Below the pieces are notes generated by a model. That model was not told where the DNA came from. It ran no database searches and saw nothing but the letters and a program-made list of their open reading frames with translations. A program made the position numbers and the translations under genes. Of a DNA stretch of 64,000 nucleotides, positions 37,575-48,938 are shown piece by piece. The stretch is from Azolla caroliniana (Eukaryota > Plantae > Polypodiophyta): NCBI GenBank assembly GCA_043228905.1, contig JBHGNT010000008.1, positions 19,592,001 through 19,656,000 on the forward strand. The letters are read 5' to 3'. Position 1 is the first letter of the stretch. Each line of letters begins with the position of its first letter.

Positions 37575-38174
37575 TCCAATCTTCATATGAACTACGCTAA
37601 GAGGATACTTCGGTATGTCAATACGACAATGGACTACGGTGTTATGTACAAGACCAATGCAATCATTCGACTCGAAGGGTACACAGATGCAGACTGGGCA
37701 GGATATAAAGCAGACAGGCGATCCACATCCGGATTCGTCTTCTCTCATGGTAGCGGAGCGATCTCCTGGAGCAGTAAGAAGCAGCCGACAATCGCATTGT
37801 CGAGCACGGAAGCCAAATACAGTGGCGCAGCAGTCGCCACATGCAAAGCCGTCTGGCTGAAACGAGTACTAAAGGATCTGGGCATACCCATCAAGGATCC
37901 AATTTGTCTCTATTGCGACAACATCAACAGTATCTACCTGGCACGGAATCCCGTATTCTACGCTTGGACTAAGCATATCGAAGTCCACTACCACTTCATC
38001 CGCAAGCGCGTACAGGCTGGAGAGATCGACCTACAACACATTAGTATGCACCTCCAGGTTGTTGATATTTTTACGAAAGCTCTAGGCATCGACAAGCTCG
38101 GGCAATTTGCATCGGACCTTGGTCTCACGACATCTACATTGCCGAGCTTGAGGGGGAGTACGCAGCACGGATAG
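37575..38174 (+). pseudogene. Element G RNase H region
   Basis: GYTDADWAG, SSTEAKY, TKHIEVHYHF, DIFTKAL. Confidence 0.88.
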
Positions 38175-38522
38175 ACTACGCAACACGCAACACGCAGAAG
38201 CGTAAAACAATAAAGTCGAAATCCGAATCCGATTCCTTAAATCAAAGTACTCCGAAGACCGAAACGACTTTTCAACAGTTGGAAGTTGTGTTTGAAGGGG
38301 CGTGTTGAGAATTGAACTCAACTTCCCATAGATAGGTTTCACACTAGCTCATGGACATGTTGGGCTAGTTTTGTAAATACTAGCAAGAGCACTTGCCCTA
38401 GCTTAGTTGGTATATAAACCAACGCATTGTAACTTAGTAGTTGTTGGATGTCTTATGCTTTGATGTAACTTTGGTTAGTATACAGTTTGTCCATCTCTGT
38501 CGTTAGAGCTCTCCCTCTCACT

Positions 38523-38554
<32 letters not shown>

Positions 38555-38640
38555 TTATCTTGAGACACACACACACACACACACACACACACTCATCTTT
38601 CGCTGCATTACAACCACTCTTGCCTCCTCATTTCTTTACA

Positions 38641-39465
38641 GACATCATAAACTTCCCGACGTGTGTAATTATCAGAGAGGTGCATCTTGCCGGTAGTGGG
38701 CATTACTTCACAATTTAACTTGAAGTAAATTTTCATCCAACCAATATCGTGTCTTCTAATTGCACCTTTCATACTTCGAACCTCTTTACGATTGACAGTG
38801 TAATCCCCACTAAGAAGACGTCGTTGTACTCTATGTAGCTGTATGTTACTAACACATAACACAATTTTGAATGCCACTCTACATATTTGTTGCGCATGGA
38901 AGATATAATACTGGAATGAAACTTTGATCCCCGAAGAGTTTTCAGACACCATTTGCATATGTGAGCTGAGGTAAGTGTCTTGCTCATCACCAGTCATCGA
39001 AAAATAGTAATGCCTTAATTCTCACAACTTTGCTTTTCCAAACATTGACATACAACCACGAGCACAACATGTTTTGTTGACATCAAATGCAAGTTGCTTA
39101 TTTGATGTCACCAAGTTAAATCTTGCCAAATAAATTTTACGTGGGATTCTTCTAATATGGATATGGCTTCCCGATTTCTTTTCTTCACTAGAAATAGGGA
39201 TAACCACATTAGAGTCAATTATGTTGTTGTTAGGTTGACCCCCCATGATCTTCAATGTTTCATTGGCATTAACTTCATTGTCTATATCTTTATTGATGTC
39301 ATATTCTTCTACAGAGAACTCTTCACATGAGTCATTATTCACATGAGGTATAGGAGAAGATGAGCTCAAACAATATTCTTCGACAGGGTGGAAGCATGCT
39401 ACGGTGTACCAACTTTTGGCCAAACATTTAGTACTAAATCGGGGAAGATAATAAACATAAAACAT
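38641..39465 (-). pseudogene. Sola/DUF7869-like transposase N-terminal piece (1 of 4)
   Basis: CCARGC, ICRVAFKIVLCVS, WMKIYF..MP; one in-frame stop at 39022; joins 27274 in frame (EVYDV|YRSEML). Confidence 0.75.
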
Positions 39466-39819
39466 TGAAAATAAAACAATTACTCAAGAAAATAGTGGAT
39501 CATCATCCATTGAATGAGGTTTGAATTCAAATAACAAATTCAATACAAATGTACAAGGATATTATAGGTCACAATCGAAGTGTCCCAAGGCCGTATTTAA
39601 TACATTAACTATAACTTCATTCTCCTAGGTAGAGTTGTATGAAAGCAGACCTGGAGAAGATCTCGAACGTGTCACTTGGTCAGTCTGTTAGTCTCTCTCT
39701 CTCTCTCTCTCTATTCTATCTCAAAGTTTCTATCAATTGCACATATTACCTATCTCTCTCTTTCTCTCTTGTTTCCTCTCACTCCACCTTTGATTCTCTA
39801 TTTCCCCACGTTGTTCTTG

Positions 39820-40025
39820 TTGTGTTCTCTCTGTGCTCGTTGTTCTTACTGTTTCCCTATGATCTCTGAACTCTGTATACCCAGAGATTGTTGTTTCCCC
39901 TTTGTGCTCGTTGTTCTTGTTGTTTCCATACGTTCTCTGAACTCTGTATATGCAAAGATTGTTGTTTCCCCTCTATGCTGGTTGTTCTTGCTATTTCCCT
40001 ATGTTCTCTGAACTTTGTGTATGCT
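39820..40025. repeat. 71-bp tandem repeat, about three copies
   Basis: TCTCTGAACT(C/T)TGT at 39863, 39934, 40005. Confidence 0.8.
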
Positions 40026-40419
40026 TGTTTGTCTCCTCTACACGACGTCGTCAATGAAGTCTTGCATATAGGTGATTTCCTTGGGTTGGTCTGCTCCCAA
40101 GGTGAAGACATCAACACGGTGTGGTACCTTTGCCTAGACCTTGGCTCACATCGTTCCATCTACAACTTGTATGACCTCCAAGTATTCTTTGTGCTGCATT
40201 TACGGTTTAGGGTTTGATTTTTCATATTCTTTGTGCTGCATGTCCAACTGGTATGTTTTCGTATTCTCGATGTTTCATGTCCGACTGTTTTGATTTTGTG
40301 TGTGTTTGACATGGATGAGTTTTTGTCCTCTGTCCAAGAAGAGGCTTGTACATGCAACTTAGATTGAATTGGCTATCATTATTTACTGGTTGTTGATGGT
40401 ATTTTGATGAGTTTTCTTC

Positions 40420-41567
40420 TTGTACACACATATTCTTTCAACAAGAATAGTGAAGACCAGGACAATGATGAGAAGGACACCCATCAAGAAGACATCGGTG
40501 AAAGAGAAAGTGAATACACCAGTGAAGGAAAGAAAAAGGATGCCTATCAAAGAAAGCAAGAAAACACCCACAAGAGAAAGGTTGATGAACTCATCAACTC
40601 AAAGGAAGAAGATGTGTCACTCCATCATTTGGGGCACATCTCTCGGATGGCGTTATTTCCTTCGAGCATGACCTAAAGTTTATGAAGAGCTGAGAGATTG
40701 GTTGATAAAAACCCGGGGGTCACCACATCCTGATACAAGGCGAGGATTCCACATAAGTGGGTTGAAGGAGTATATGAACTTATTGAAGATGAGATAGGAA
40801 CATGTTTATGATACTAATCAAATCTATAACACCTGTCCACCAAGTTGAATCTACAAAAGTAAGGGCCATAATGAATGAGAAGCATGAACAGATGATGGCC
40901 GGTTGCATAGCTTCCATGAGCTCAAGAATACAAGCATTTCTTGCTAATTTGGAAGTAGTTAAATCAGCTGAGATACAAGCAAAAAAGAAATTCTCTTCAA
41001 TAAAAACTACATATGAATGGATTGCATCGACAATCGAAAATTCGGAAAGTGAGGTGTTGAAAGGGGAGCTGAGGAAAGAGCTAAACAATATGGGCACTCA
41101 ATTAGGATCACAGATGAGAGACCTTGATACTTGCAGAAGTGCACATTGCGAACTAGATAATAAGTTGTCAGCTTTAAAGCTACATTTTGAAACTTTGAGT
41201 CCATCTATAATTGAGCACCCAAGTGGTATGGAAAGTACCATTACAAGTATAGCTATATCACAGTATTGGCTTTATAAGTTATTTATTTTTACTTATGTGG
41301 TATAAATATCACATTAGCTAATATATTATTATTTGTGTTTGCAAACTGCCAGGTGTATATTTTGGAGCCTCGGATTCAACATTTGAGGCTATGGATGTTA
41401 TGATTACACCGTGTTTGCACACATATCATGTGCTATGTGCTAAGTACCATTTTGAGAGAGAAAATACATGTATGGACTGTAAAAGTACAGTTACTGTTGA
41501 ATGGTACTATGCTTGGGGTTTGAAAGTACACTCATACGATATGTGGCTTTACGTTTGTATTATATGA
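40420..41567 (+). pseudogene. Degenerate gene: basic region, coiled-coil-like region, RING-H2-like finger
   Basis: K/R-rich ORF 40420-40671, helical ORF 40802-41305, frame 41322-41567 with PCLHTYHVLC-x10-CMDC; exon structure unknown. Confidence 0.5.
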
Positions 41568-41932
41568 TGTCAATTTACATTTGGTTTAGAACTGGTGTAG
41601 GCCACACACAATTCATACTTCAAATTAGGAAAACAATGGATTAGTACTAGTGTCTCTCCAACAACTATTATGAGGAACCCTATTTATGTGGGTTAGTACT
41701 GGTTCATTCATCACATCCCGATAGGTGTGTAGTACTTTGATGTCAATCAAGAAAAGTTTTCAAGTCTTAATATATAATTAGTATGGGTTGTTGTACGGAA
41801 ATTTTCCATGATTAGTACTATAATTTGAGTAATTTGGGAACAAGGTGTGTAATACATTGTTTAGGATTCGTACTAGTTATGTAATTTGAGAACATGGTGT
41901 GCAGAACACTGTTAACGATTAGTACTATTCGT

Positions 41933-43320
41933 TGTCGTCAAGGATTCCGGCCATATGAGGAAACAAAGCTAGATGCGTGTGAACGCGGGTGTGCACAAGT
42001 GCACGTCTTTTGTACAAACATATGTAAATAGCATAGTAATGATTCAATAGGAAACAACGATGTAACAAACGATGTAAATAGCATATGTAAATAGCATATG
42101 TAACAACGATTCGATAGGAACTTTAGTACCACATGGATGGGAAAGAATCGAGGGGAGATCTGTGAGAAAATCAATTCTCATAAAGACGATGTAATGGCCT
42201 TCCCTTGTGCTATAAAAGGGGAGGCCTTGAACTGTTTTGGGATCCAGGATTTAGAGGAGGACGAAGCTCTACTCGGTTGAGTGCCAAAGCTCTCTCTTTA
42301 TCCTCTTTGTGTACTGTGCTCTATATTGCGGAACAAGAAGGTGGATCCTTTGCTTGCACTGGAAGCCCTTGTGATCCCGACCAAAGGATCATCATTCTGT
42401 GTGTGTGTGTGTGTGTGTCTGTTGAGCTGAGAACTCCTTCACTGACTGCGCCCGGTTGTACTCATTGCGTGTTCTATGCCTAATCGAATCGTGACTCGTT
42501 GTTCTGACTCCGTGTCCTTTTCTCATCTTTTCCGTTCTATTCTGTTCAGTTCAGTTCTATGTCTGTTTGGGTCCAAGCGACGTTAGGATCTTCCGATTCA
42601 CGTGCAAGTGGAGATAGTCGGTTGGCTCCACTTCCCTTTTCCTTCCTCTATGTTCGACTCCTTGGTTCAAGACCCTTGTGTTCCTACCCCATTTCAACGC
42701 ATACACACGGAAAAGCGTGACATATTTGGTGAACCCGATGCGAAGGAGAGCGGCAGAGGAGTCTGAAGATGAGAGGAAGCGAACTCGCTGAAGCAATGGC
42801 GGTGGCTGTAGACCGCCTAGTTAACACTCACGAGCTCACGAGCGCCCTTGATTGGGCGATAGAAGCGATGGTTGACAAGATAAGCCAAATTAATGGGAAA
42901 AATGCGACAAGCTACCTGGAGGCCTATAGGGCCGAGATGGTGATGAGGAATATTCCAGAGGGCAGACAACTGTATGGATTTCCTCGGTTGTAATGTCGAG
43001 CATCCATGCGGAGGTGCTCGAAGTGCAAGTGGACTACTATAATTGGGTAGACTTCGAGGGGTGGTTTCTCGAGAAGTACAACTTTGATGATTCTCTCCGG
43101 CTATCGAAGAAAGATTTCATGGATTGGGTCGAGAGCCCCGACAAAGGTTGGAACGCATTGAAGCTCCTTCAAGAGTTTGAGTCGCAATTCGCACGACTCT
43201 TGATACTAGACCAGACCATGCTTGATATGAGCAAGGTTCTGATGTTTGTTAAGTCGGTCGACTTGCTCGATCGCGAAAATGTGGATTTCTTCTTGGAGAC
43301 GGATGAATGGCTCACAACGT
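41933..43320 (+). mobile_element. 5' LTR (~41933-42722), PBS (42727-42743) and degenerate gag (from 42796) of a gypsy-like element
   Basis: TGTC...GACA termini, TATAAAAGG at ~42211, TGGTGAACCCGATGCGA, gag-like NGKNATSYLEAY..W..FE; left end uncertain. Confidence 0.65.
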
Positions 43321-43322
43321 CA

Positions 43323-44948
43323 TGTAATGGTGATGTGTTCATGACACTATCCCTCCTTTGAGAACGTTGAGTGGAAGTCGGCTTTAACATTGTAGGGCCG
43401 GGTTTGTTTGGATAGTGGTGATGAAAGTCGTCGACAAGAGCTTGAGCATTACAAATGTTATCGACAGGTTCCCAAGTGCGATCACTCGGAGGATAGCCAA
43501 GCCAATCAACTAGATAATATAGCTTATTGTGCAAAATCTTAGAATTGAGAACAACAGTTGCCTCGTATTCGGGGCTCTCAACCAGTTGGTAAGAAGGCGG
43601 TGGTGGTATGACACAATTAGGAATTAAAGAGGTGCGGCAAGGTTCCAAAAGAGAGCTATGAACGACTGGGTGAAGCCGCATATGTGTAGGAAGGTTAAGA
43701 CGAAATGTTGCATCATTAATTCGTGTTGTGATGACAAAAGGACCTAAGCGTTGATAATCGAGCTTAGCACACGGGCGAGTAGTCTTGATGTGACGACGGA
43801 GCAACCATACGCAGACACCAACCTTAAAAGGAGACTTAAGATGATGCCGATCGAGATTGGTCTTATGGTGTGCTTGTGCTTTTTGAAGATATGAAGATAA
43901 CTAAAACTTGATTGTTGTAGTCGGTGGAGGTGATGCGCTGCACTAGGGTTTCGTGACACCTCAGGGAGATCCAGGATACACCATCGAGGGTGGTTTCCAA
44001 TTTAGGCAAAGAAAGGTATAACTTTGGTAAAAGATTGTACTGTGTTGTTGCATGCAAACTCGGCAAGATGTAAAATATTGCTCCAATCATCTTGTTGATA
44101 ATTGACGAAGCATTGAAGATGGTGCTCGAGTGTTAGATTTGTGCACTCTATTTGTCTGTCAGTTTGTGGATGATAAACTAAAGAGAGTTTGCAGGAGATT
44201 TTGAGGCCTGCCCATAGGTGCTTCCAACAAGGTGAGATAAATTGAGGACCTCGATTGCTAATAATATCATTTGGGAGACCATGATGGCGAAACACCTCAT
44301 GCATAATGAGATCTGCAGTTTCTTCACTATTAATGGTCTTTACACATGGCACAAAATGTGCCATCTTTGTGAACCGATCTACTACTATTAAAATACTATC
44401 AAAGCCATTGGAAGGTAGCAGATCCGTAATGAAATCCATAGAAATAGACTGCCATGGCTTGCTGGGAGGTGGTAATGGTTGTAGTAAGCCATAAGGATGA
44501 TGCCTGGGTATTTTGGCGCGACAGTAGGTGTCACATGTGTGAACGTAATCTTCGACAAATTTTTGCACCTGAGGCCACCAAAACGAACGTTTCACTAGCT
44601 CAATGGTTTTCGCAATACAAAAATTTCCAGCCATAGGGGCATCATGACAATGTTCTAACACTTGAAGTCGAGGTGATACATTAGGGACATAAAGGAGATT
44701 CTTGTAGAAGAGTAAACCATCTTGCCACTTGAAGTCCTGATAATGTTGAGATGACCCTTGCAATGTGGAGCAAGATGGATGGCTTGAACCAATGTGGGCT
44801 AAGACATCCTTAGCGAAATCATCAGAGTGAAGTTGTTGCCGAATAGTGTCAAGAAGGCTAGAATCAAGTGGTGTGACATAAATTGTTGTTGCATGTAGCT
44901 TTGATGGTCTGAGGAGAATCTGCTTTTGGTTGTCAAAGGCCGGATCTC
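43323..44948 (-). pseudogene. Ty3/gypsy chromovirus (Tcn1-like) integrase-chromodomain half, PPT and 24-bp LTR stub
   Basis: PWQSISMDFITDL, VVDRFTKMAHF, YHPQTD, LGPF, YLVDWLGYPPSDRTWEP; AAAGGAGGGATAG then TGTCATG on the minus strand. Confidence 0.9.
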
Positions 44949-46687
44949 TTTTACCATATGAGATGTACAGGTGATTGATAAGTGTGATAAGTAAGGGTGA
45001 AAGATGTAATGTATGTGTAATGTTATACGATTATGAGTGTGAGTGTGGTGGATACAAAGAGGTGTTTGTGAGTGACTAGGTGTGAATGCCCAAGGGGACT
45101 TGCACCCTTGTGTATCTACCCCTTTGTACCTATTTAAACCCTTATGGGGAATGAATGAAAACAATGATCATTTCTTTCTCTTTCTCTCTCTCTCTCTCTC
45201 TCTTCCCTTACGTTGTCGTGATGTTTTCGACACATAGTGTGAAACCACCCTCAAAAGAGAATAAAATAGTGGTCCAAATAAACTAATTTTCTTAAGTCAA
45301 CTATAGTAATAAATGAAAGGATAAAAAGTTAGAAGAAGTTTTTGAAAGTAGACAAAAATAGAGAAAAAGATGGAAAAAGAAAAGCTAGTCGTGGATACGA
45401 GGAGCAAGGTCGAGTAAAAAGCTCATAATTTCCTCGTCAAATGTCCAAATGCATAAGATAGCTAACCTAAAGAGCTTTCCAAAAATATTTGCATCAAACC
45501 CATTGTAACATGATTCTTATATTATAAAAGAATCAAACATATTTATATAAACTAATGTTTTCTTTCATCTACTTGTCTTATGTGTAAATCTTGATTGTGT
45601 TTATTTGTTATCGTCAATTGTGCTTATTTTTGTGTGTGTCTTGTGACAAGGGAGTGTTTCGGGCTTGCCCATGCACCTCTCCTTTCACAAAGGCATTCAA
45701 ACCTACGTGTCTTATATGTTATCGTTGTTTGTGCTTGTGTGTTCGTGTGACTTGTGGCATGGGAGCGTTCGGGCTTGCCCATGCACCTCTCCTTTCACAA
45801 AGGCATTCAAACCTACGTGTCTTATATGTTATCGTCGTTTGTGCTTGTGTGTTCATGCGACTTGTGGCAAGGGAGTGTTTGGGCTTGCCCATGCACCTTT
45901 CCTTTCACAAAGGCGTTCAAAATTGTGTCTCCTGTGTGTAAACCTTGCTTGTGTGTTCGTGCAACTTGTGGCAAGGGAGCGTTCGGGCTTGCCCATGCAC
46001 CTCTCCTTTCACAAAGGTGTCTGACATTGTGTCTCCCGTGTGTAAACCTTGCTTGTGTGTTCGTGCGACTTGTGGCAAGGGAGCGTTCGGGCTTGCCCAT
46101 GCACCTCTCCTTTCACAAAGGCGTTTGATATTGTGTCTCCCGTGTGTAAACCTTGCTTGTGTGTTCGCGTGTCTTGTAACAAGGGAGCATTCAGGCTTGC
46201 CCATGAACCTCTCTTTTCACAAAGGCATTCGAAACTCTGTCTCTCGTGTGTGTAAGTAAGCCTTTTCCTTGTGTGTTCGTGTGTCTTGTAACAAGGGAGC
46301 ATTCGGGCTTGCCCATGCACCTCTCTTTTCACAAAGGAATTCGAAACTCTGTCTTTCGTGTAGTAAACCTTTTCCTTGTGTGTCCGTGTGTAAGCCTTCC
46401 TCACGTGCATTCATTTTCCTTGTGACTAGGGGTTGATTCCGGCTAGCCCATGCACCTCTCCTTTTCATAAACACGTTCGAATACTCGTGCCTTGTTTGTG
46501 TAAGCCTTCCTTGTGTTGTGGGTGTGAGCCCTATTTCCTTCCCGTCCATAACCTCGGTGGTTTTGCCTCACAATCTGCACATAGTAACGGATTTTCACTA
46601 CAACATTGAAATCCCTTGGGAAGGGGGTGGAGCCATTCTAGGCACCACCCCCCACCCCTCAATGCTTGTCAACATCTTCACGTTCTA
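44949..46687 (+). repeat. LTR of family X, 3'-truncated and split by an insertion; inverted copy of 61042-61517
   Basis: 44949-45213 and 46603-46687 are reverse-complement matches to ~61150-61517; left flank ATCTC. Confidence 0.85.
45214..46602. mobile_element. 1.39-kb solo-LTR-like insertion containing ~8 tandem copies of a 104-111 bp unit (45600-46520)
   Basis: Termini TGTCGTGA...TCACTACA, 4-bp flanks ACGT/ACAT; unit core GGGCTTGCCCATGCACCTCTCCTTTCACAAAGG. Confidence 0.7.
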
Positions 46688-48713
46688 GGCACCGAGGTTT
46701 CTTGAATCAAGTATGGTTGGTGATTCGAATGCATTCCACACGTTATCCGACAGATGCATCACGAGTCGGGTTAGTGGGCACCTTATTGACTGGCATAACA
46801 TTGTCGTGGTTTGATCCATTGCTAGAGAAAAATTCTCCTCTACTGAATAACTTTTAGGAATTTATCAAAGAATTTAAGGCTTGTTTCGGAGATACTAATG
46901 GGGCGAGAACAACTATCAACAAGATTCGTACACTATGTCAAGGTGATCATCCAACTTCGACAAATGCAACCAATTTCCGTCTCATCACAAGCGATATTGC
47001 TTGGGATGAACAAGCCCTAATGGAGCAATTCCGTTTAGGCATTTGTAGTGATGTCAAAGACTTACTTCTTACCTTCCCCGAGGATCCAAGGTCACTTACA
47101 GAAACTATTAGTCCAACAATACGGTGTGATAATTTCCTTTTTGACCGTTGATGTGAGAGACAACAACAAATAAGAAGATCAAGATTCACACCAACTTATG
47201 CATCAGTAACGACGCAATCATCCCCAAGGAAAACATATAGCCCTACTCCAACTCCAAGGCAAACATGCTGTTCAATCCCAATGGATAGTCCTACACCCAT
47301 GGAGATCAATATCACTCAACGACGAGGACCGTTGTTAGATGAAGAGAAGCAATGAGGCCGAGCTAACCATCTATGCTTATATATTGTGGAGGTCCAGGAC
47401 ATATAGCCATTCATTGCTCCTGTAAGCCGAGACATCAGGTAAATCAAATTCACTATGGCAATAAAAATGAGTCCAACATTTTAGAAGTAGTTAGTGAATC
47501 TAATATTATGAATAATCTAGCCTTGTCTAATAACTTTGAAGTCCTAAGCCAATTAGAAGAGGAGTCAAATGAATAAGTCCGGCTAAAATAGGAGCAATTT
47601 GGTTGGACAACCCTAGATATGTACAACCTAGTGTGGATTCCATTTCTTCCAAGCATGTTAGTAGAGTCTTCTCAGCCCAAGTACAAGTTAGGACACCGAG
47701 TTGTCAACTTCAAGTCCAAGCCCTCTTAGATACTGGAGCCAAATCTTGTTTCATGGATAGAGATTTTGCCGAAAAACACCAAATATCCTTGAATACACTT
47801 CCTTGTCCAGTTTTCATAGTAGTGATTGATGGACGTCCCATAGCTTTCGGGAAGATATTCAAAGAGTCTGAGCCCATACTCTTAGGTGGTTTAGGATGTG
47901 TAGTTTCCTTTAACATGATCCGTAGTCCTGAGCATCCAATTGTCCTCGGTTTGCCATGGTTCGAGCTACATAACCCTAGAATCGATTGGAGGAAGCGAGA
48001 AATTTGGTGCCCTTCAGCAAAAATTATCTTTGCCAAGGATCGAACACAGGATTATTCTCTTGAAGAATATAGTTCTACCAATGCACCATCTCCTTTTCAT
48101 CAAATTTCAGCCATCACATTGCAACAGTTGCACCAAGTGGGAGGCAAGGAGGAACTTTTCTTATTTACAGTATTAGTGACACCTTCTAGTGCCATTCAAG
48201 GGAATTCAGACATCCAAATTCCCAAAAAATATCAAGACTATGCTGATGTTTTCCACAACGTCAAAACTAGTGTTCTTCCAAAGCATCGGTTGTACAACTG
48301 TCCTATTGATCTCCAACCAGGAAAAGAGCCACCGTGGGGTTCGATTTACAACTTATCACTCATTGAGCTTGAGGTTCTTCAAGAATACATCGAGGAAAAT
48401 CTTGCAAATGGGTTTATTCGACATTCAAAGTCTCTAGCTGGTGCTCCTATCTTTTCTATGAAGAAAAAGGATGGCTCCCTTTGTTTGGTCGTGGACTATC
48501 GAGGCTTAAATAAAGTCACCATAAGGAATAGGTATGCTCTACCTTTAATCTCCAGTCTCTTAGAATGCATTGGTGGGGCAAAGCATTTTACCAAAATTGA
48601 TCTAAGGGGTGCATATAATCTTGTTTGAATTCGACCGGGAGATGAGTGGAAAACTGCATTTTGAGTCATGCCTTTCAGGCTCACAAATAAACCCAAAGTA
48701 TTTCAACATATGG
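46688..48713 (+). pseudogene. Chromovirus gag-protease-RT N-terminal part
   Basis: RGFLNQ..YPTD, CCHC knuckle YCGGPGHIAIHC, ALLDTGA, LVVDYRGLN, FTKIDLRGAYNL. Confidence 0.9.
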
Positions 48714-48845
48714 TGTGAAAGATTGCTTGCGGAAGTGTTAGAAGGAACAATACACAGAGAGAGAGAGAGAGAGTACGCGGAAGAGACAGAGAGAGAGTAA
48801 AACACACTGTTTCTCAAAATTATATGAATACTCTGTGCTCTATAT

Positions 48846-48885
48846 TGTAAACGTAAGTGTTTGCGGAAGCGTAAAACAGAGAACA

Positions 48886-48938
<53 letters not shown>

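Larger units (their letters stand above)
27280..38640 (+). mobile_element. Degenerate copia G with nested LINE and gypsy-like remnant
   Basis: 5' LTR 27280-31196 (split by LINE), degenerate PBS TGGTATGAGGGC at 31197, 3' LTR 38303-38640, TSD GACAT at 27275-27279 and 38641-38645. Confidence 0.92.
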
